Positions 56,750 to 61,544 of a stretch of 61,544 bases of DNA are shown here, piece by piece. Each line of letters begins with the position of its first letter. The stretch's first letter is position 1. The stretch comes from an uncultured Clostridia bacterium. GTDB taxonomy: Bacteria; Bacillota; Clostridia; Christensenellales; UBA1242. Location: positions 1 through 61,544 of the forward strand of contig CALVPQ010000006.1 in assembly GCA_944351415.1 (NCBI GenBank), written 5' to 3'. Under the pieces are notes generated by a model. It saw nothing but the letters and a program-made list of their open reading frames with translations. It had not been told where the DNA came from and made no database searches. The translations under genes and the position numbers were made by a program.

Positions 56750-59700
56750 AAATATCTCCAAATATTGAGTAAAATTCATCTATAGTTATATAAACTGAAC
56801 GTTGTTTTGAACCTTCCGCACTTGAAATATAACCACGTTCTTCCATCTGGTCAACTATTCTCGCTGCACGCGGATAACCAATAGCAAGTTTACGTTGAAC
56901 CATCGTTGTTGAAGCGACACCATTATCAATACAAATTTTGAGTGCATTAGGAAGTAATGGGTCAACTCCATCTTTATCACCGCCACCATTTGTTGCTTTA
57001 TTTGGATTATTTATTGCATTATTTGCTTCTTCATCAAATATCTCTTCATTATTTTCAGTGATAAATGTTACTATATCTTTGGTTTCTGGTGTGTCTATAA
57101 AGCACCCTTGAAGTCTTGATGGTTCTGCATCAGCCGGTTTATAAAGCATATCACCATAACCTAAAAGCTTTTCAGCACCTGTTGAACCTAAAATAACTTC
57201 ACTATCCACCCTGCTTGCAACTTTAAAGGCAATTCTAGCTGGTAAGTTGCCCTTAAGAGTTCCTGTTACAACATCAGTTGATGGACGTTGAGTTGCAAGT
57301 ATCAAGTGAATGCCTGCAGCACGGGCTTTTTGTGCTATTCTTCTGATTTTATCCTCAATTTCATTTTTAGCAACAGCCATAAAATCAGCAAACTCATCAA
57401 ATATAATCACAAGATAAGGCATCTTTTTAACCTTGTTTTGAACAACCTTATCAAGTTTGTTATACTCACCTATATTTCTTACTCTTTCTTCAGATATAAG
57501 TTTAAATCGACGTTCCATTTCATCAACCGCCCATTGAAGAGCATTGACAGCTTTTGTTGGGTCTGTGATAACCCTTGGTATAACCATGTGTGGCAAGCCT
57601 TCATACATAGAAAGTTCCACTTGTTTAGGGTCAATCATTATAAATTTAACTTCATCAGGTGAAGCTTTATATAGAATTGACACAATTATTGAGTTTAAAC
57701 ATACACTTTTACCAGAACCAGTTGTTCCGGCAACAAGAAGATGTGGCATCTTCTGAAGATTACATACCTTAACATTACCAGTTATGTCTTTCCCAAGAGC
57801 AAAAGTTAATGGTGAAGGACTAAGTTGAAATTCTTTTGATTGCAACACATCTTTTATAGACACCTTTGCAACTTTACTATTTGGAACTTCAATACCAACA
57901 ATACTACGCCCTGGAATTGGAGCCTCTATTCTTATTTGTCCATTTGCAGAAAGTGCATAGGCAATATCAGCATCAAGTGATAATACTCTTTTTACTGATA
58001 TACCTTCTGGCATTTCTATTTCATATCTTGTAACAGTTGGACCTATAACAACATTTTGCACTTTGGCAGGAACTCCAAATTTTTCAAGAGCATTTTCAAG
58101 AGCAACTCGTTTCATTGGAATTTCGTCACCAATAATAGAAAGGTCATCTGACTTTGTTGTTATAAGGTCAAGTGAAGGACGAGTATATTTATACGGCTTA
58201 ATCTTTTCTTGTGGTTTTTCATCATCGAGTTGAACAAAACGTTTTCTACGTTCTATTTCGTCTACAGGTTTTTTCTGTGGTTCAATTCGTTGAGAGTTTT
58301 GTTCATTTCTATTAAATTCTTTATCTCGACTTATATCAAATTTATTATTATTTCTTTCTAGTGGCTGTTCCTCTCGCCTTTCTATATTTCTTTCGTGTGA
58401 TAGAATACTATCTCTTTCTCTTGAGATATTGTTTCTTTCTCTTGAAAGAAGGTTGTCTCTATTTGGAGTTACACTCTCATCAACGTTTATATCTCCACCA
58501 TCGTCATCTTCAACACTGCTATAGTCAATATAATCCTTGTTATCATCACTTTTTATAGAGTTATCTTCAATACTAGCTGTTCGGTCATAAATATTATTTG
58601 AATCTCTATCAAAAGAGTTTGTTGTTCTATTAAATGCATTGTTTTGTTGAGAGGATTGACTTGGTTGAGATATGTTATTTATTGCAGCATCTTCTTCTCG
58701 TTCTATTTTTTCCTGCTTGACAACTGACCTAATTATATCTTCCGCTTCATTTGTTATCTCTTCAGGTTTTACGTCTGGCAGACTTCCACGGCGAAGTGAT
58801 TGTTCTTGTGAAAAGTCATAGTTTTCTTCATGAACATAACTTGATGGCTTAACTTCATCATTATTTTTAAGAGCATCAATATTTCTATTTATTTCGTTTA
58901 TTGTTACATTATTATTTGGAACATTGTTTGCTTGGCTATTATTAGCAACATAATCTCTAGACGAAGTGTTTTGGACTGCCACTTGATGTTGCTTTGGACG
59001 TTGTTGCATAAACTTTTCAATATCAACCTTTGGTGGTTGTAATAAATATTCTCTTATTGACATACCTTCAGGCACTTTGCCATTTTGAGCCTCTTCAGGG
59101 AATTTTATTGTATTGTTAAAATTATTAAATTGTGAGTCCTGATTTGTTTGAGATATTTCTTCATTTCTATACTTACTGTTATACCCTTTTCCAACAAGAC
59201 CTAGTTTCTCTCGGGCAGAAAGCTCTCGTTTTTCTTCTTCAACTCTATTGCCATTAAACATAACATTATTTTCAATAGCTTCTTCTCTATGGAAAAGTTC
59301 TTGATACCTATTAGATTTAACTCTTGGATTTTCTATTTCTCTATTTTCCTTTTTCTCCTTTATTTGAAGCCTAATAGGTTTTTGCTCATTATTTGTTTTT
59401 CTAAGAGAAATAACTGCTTCCACAAAAAATGCAACACAAGCAACAAGTGCTATGGCAAGCACAACATAAGTTGCAGGGAGCCCCATAAGGTATGCAAGTG
59501 TAGCAGGCAAAAAACCTATAAGCATACCTCCTGCGGTAATTTGCTTAGTATAATTTAAAGCAAGAAATTGTCCATAAGAAAGTTCACTTGGAGAACCTAT
59601 TATTATAAGTTGAATGATTGCCAAAAATAAGATTAAACTAAGCCCTAGAAAGATGGCATAACGTTTTGGCATAACATATTTTTTATTATTAAGAAGAGCA

Positions 59701-59906
59701 AGGGAAACAATAAACCCTAGCACTGTTAGTGGATAAACAAAAATGCCCAAAATTCCTAAGAAGAAATATTGCAAGGCTGGAATTAAACTTGTTGCAGAAA
59801 ATAAAAAAACTAGAGTTGAAAGTGCAAGTAAAACCCAACCCACAATCTTTTTTACATTATTCTTACTATTACTATTTTTCTGTTTGTTTACTTGAAATGT
59901 TGCCAT
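56742..59906 (-). CDS. ftsK: DNA translocase FtsK/SpoIIIE
   Basis: N-terminal TMs, long N/E/R-rich linker, RIEAPIPG, GTTGSGKS, ATQRPS and gamma domain IGY.RAAR. Confidence 0.96.
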   Translation of the reverse strand: MATFQVNKQKNSNSKNNVKKIVGWVLLALSTLVFLFSATSLIPALQYFFLGILGIFVYPLTVLGFIVSLALLNNKKYVMPKRYAIFLGLSLILFLAIIQLIIIGSPSELSYGQFLALNYTKQITAGGMLIGFLPATLAYLMGLPATYVVLAIALVACVAFFVEAVISLRKTNNEQKPIRLQIKEKKENREIENPRVKSNRYQELFHREEAIENNVMFNGNRVEEEKRELSAREKLGLVGKGYNSKYRNEEISQTNQDSQFNNFNNTIKFPEEAQNGKVPEGMSIREYLLQPPKVDIEKFMQQRPKQHQVAVQNTSSRDYVANNSQANNVPNNNVTINEINRNIDALKNNDEVKPSSYVHEENYDFSQEQSLRRGSLPDVKPEEITNEAEDIIRSVVKQEKIEREEDAAINNISQPSQSSQQNNAFNRTTNSFDRDSNNIYDRTASIEDNSIKSDDNKDYIDYSSVEDDDGGDINVDESVTPNRDNLLSRERNNISRERDSILSHERNIERREEQPLERNNNKFDISRDKEFNRNEQNSQRIEPQKKPVDEIERRKRFVQLDDEKPQEKIKPYKYTRPSLDLITTKSDDLSIIGDEIPMKRVALENALEKFGVPAKVQNVVIGPTVTRYEIEMPEGISVKRVLSLDADIAYALSANGQIRIEAPIPGRSIVGIEVPNSKVAKVSIKDVLQSKEFQLSPSPLTFALGKDITGNVKVCNLQKMPHLLVAGTTGSGKSVCLNSIIVSILYKASPDEVKFIMIDPKQVELSMYEGLPHMVIPRVITDPTKAVNALQWAVDEMERRFKLISEERVRNIGEYNKLDKVVQNKVKKMPYLVIIFDEFADFMAVAKNEIEDKIRRIAQKARAAGIHLILATQRPSTDVVTGTLKGNLPARIAFKVASRVDSEVILGSTGAEKLLGYGDMLYKPADAEPSRLQGCFIDTPETKDIVTFITENNEEIFDEEANNAINNPNKATNGGGDKDGVDPLLPNALKICIDNGVASTTMVQRKLAIGYPRAARIVDQMEERGYISSAEGSKQRSVYITIDEFYSIFGDIYD

Positions 59907-60335
59907 ATTCTCCTTCTACTCAAATTTTTAAATTTTAAAAATAAATAGAGAGCAAAATATAAATTATAAATTCTCTTTATATAAATATAGCACAAAATAA
60001 CAATATTGCCAAGCACAAATTTAACTTTTGAAAAATATTTTTTGTAGTATTATGCAATATTTATTAATTTTTGGTTTAAATTCTAAATTTTAAACATTTA
60101 TACTTTTTAAGGACTTATAATACAGAAAATTCTTACTATAGCAAATACTAGTATGCAATGCAAAATATTATATGAAATAAACTTTATTTTATAAGCTATT
60201 ATGTTATGTTTTTATAATTAAAATCAATTTTCCAGATTATTTATTTGTTAAAAAATAAAGTTTTTTTCTAAACACAGTTATTTAACTTTTTTATAATTAA
60301 AAAGAGCAAATCATAAAGTTTGCTCTTAAAAATTG

Positions 60336-61064
60336 CTATTCAATAAGTCCAATATTATCAGAAACTGTTGTTAATGTGAAACCATTTTCTATGAAGAAAT
60401 CAATAATGTCTGGCAAAGCATCAATAGTTGCCTCTGTTGGGTGCATAAGAATCAAATCCCCACCCTTTGCATTCTTTGTTGCCCTCTGATAGATTAAATT
60501 TGAGTCATGGTCTCGCCAATCAATGGTATCGCGTGTCCACATAATAGTGTGATAACCAAGTTGTTCTGCACAGGAAACCGTAAGTTTATTATAAGAGCCG
60601 CTTGGAGGAGCAAATAATTTCATATCAACATCTAATAGCTCCTTGACTATTTTATGTGTGGTTGATATTTCGTTTAAATTTCCTTCTTCACTCAATTGGA
60701 TATGGTCCTTATGGTGATAGCCATGATTTGCAAGCTCATGCCCTGCCTGGTAAATCTTTGTTAAATAATCTTCGTTTAAAACTGCCCAGGTTCCACCTAT
60801 AAAAAATGTTGTTTTAACATCTTTATCTTCTAAAATTTGCAGCATTTCATCAAGGTATTCTGTTCCCCAATATACATTTATCATAAGTGAAACTTTGTTC
60901 GTTGATGTGTCTCCATTATAATAAACACCACTCACCGCCGTGGTTGGAATGGCATTAACACCTGCAATTACTGCAAATCCACCTATAACTGCTATAATAA
61001 GAGCTATTGCAAGATTACTTGCCCATCTTTTAATTTTTATTACTTTAAAATGAATTTTTTTCAT
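60336..61064 (-). CDS. ylxY: YlxY/SwsB-type sporulation polysaccharide-deacetylase-like protein
   Basis: VSLMINVYWG (in place of TFDDG), NHGY.H, FAPPSG, TIDW, ILMHPT; sigmaE-like promoter. Confidence 0.8.
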   Translation of the reverse strand: MKKIHFKVIKIKRWASNLAIALIIAVIGGFAVIAGVNAIPTTAVSGVYYNGDTSTNKVSLMINVYWGTEYLDEMLQILEDKDVKTTFFIGGTWAVLNEDYLTKIYQAGHELANHGYHHKDHIQLSEEGNLNEISTTHKIVKELLDVDMKLFAPPSGSYNKLTVSCAEQLGYHTIMWTRDTIDWRDHDSNLIYQRATKNAKGGDLILMHPTEATIDALPDIIDFFIENGFTLTTVSDNIGLIE

Positions 61065-61244
61065 ACTTCAGTTTATTCAAAAACTTTTCGAAATATAACT
61101 CTAGAAGTATTATAAAAGCTCATTATTTATAAATTAAAATTCTTATATGAATAAGGAAAAACTGAAAAAGTATTAAAAATTAAAAATTTGATAGCAAATT
61201 TCTTCAAAAAAAATTTAGGGAAGTCAGTGTATTAACTAAATTAA

Positions 61245-61322
61245 TCAATTTTGTGCAAATACAATTTAATATTTGCAATTTCAAGAAGTATGCGCCAAAC
61301 TATTAATGGTTTCTTTTGACAT
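61245..61322 (-). pseudogene. tnpA: IS200/IS605-family tnpA 5' remnant
   Basis: AAGGAG RBS, then MSKETINSLAHTS*NCKY*IVFAQN*, matching the TnpA start SLAHTxWNCKYHIVFAPK with two nonsense changes. Confidence 0.85.
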
Positions 61323-61440
61323 AATTAACTCCTTTTGTGTATTAAATTTATTGTTAGGCTTCAGCTTATTTTTACACAAAAAGAGTTAATCTATTTACCG
61401 GTAAACCTAAATAATGAACCACAGATATTCTGAGGGTTTT
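61245..61440 (-). mobile_element. IS200-like left-end remnant
   Basis: tnpA fragment; long hairpin 61324-61390 covering the RBS; subterminal imperfect hairpin about 61416-61440. Confidence 0.65.
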
Positions 61441-61450
61441 ATTTAACAAC

Positions 61451-61483
61451 AAAAAAGACTAAGCAGTTTGCTTAGTCTCTTTT
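61451..61483. terminator. Intrinsic terminator of the gene beyond the right edge
   Basis: AAAAAAGACTAAGCA-gtt-TGCTTAGTCTCTTTT. Confidence 0.8.
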
Positions 61484-61544
61484 ATGAATTAAATAATATA
61501 TATCTTCTTTAAATGCACTCTTAAGTTATTGTAGCATTTCTTTG

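Noticed and set aside
60336-61064. Loss of TFDDG in the polysaccharide deacetylase as a novelty
   Set aside because: The INVxWG form is the known YlxY/SwsB subfamily state
61526-61544. Possible 3' end (KEMLQ*) of an upstream gene such as pnp
   Set aside because: Too little sequence to support a call
1-61544. CRISPR arrays, prophage, defence or retroelement loci
   Set aside because: No repeat-spacer arrays, or integrase, phage, RT or cas genes were recognised

Overview
AT-rich, gene-dense chromosomal backbone of an endospore-forming Clostridia-class Firmicute, with most genes on the minus strand. It holds housekeeping genes (yajC, thrS with a Thr T-box, ruvX, polA, rarA, rnpB, ftsY-smc-rnc-plsX-rpmF-ackA-pta, rnhA, mnmA, scpAB, miaB-mutS-mutL-miaA, recA, pgsA, rimO, ftsK, tRNA-Ser) interleaved with sporulation genes (ytxC, sigK, ylbJ, spoIVFB, dacF, spoIIM, a class A PBP, ylxY/swsB). 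I found no prophage, CRISPR array or intact mobile element; there is only a 5' remnant of an IS200-type tnpA near the right end. The most unusual observations are these. (1) Two intergenic multi-hairpin elements (about 9216-9355 and 32531-32645) have unrelated stem sequences but the same architecture and similar loops, and both are flanked by ATA(G/A)T. (2) Many genes appear leaderless, under sigmaA-like and sporulation-sigma-like promoters. (3) Three small genes are missing from the ORF track, including a 48-aa single-TM protein in the spoIVFA position. (4) Several enzymes have altered catalytic motifs or missing domains: a class III cyclase, an apparently duplicated DAC protein, CinA, an E2-like acyltransferase, a GH94-like protein and a TRAM-less MiaB. 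All family calls come from motif recognition by eye, not database searches.
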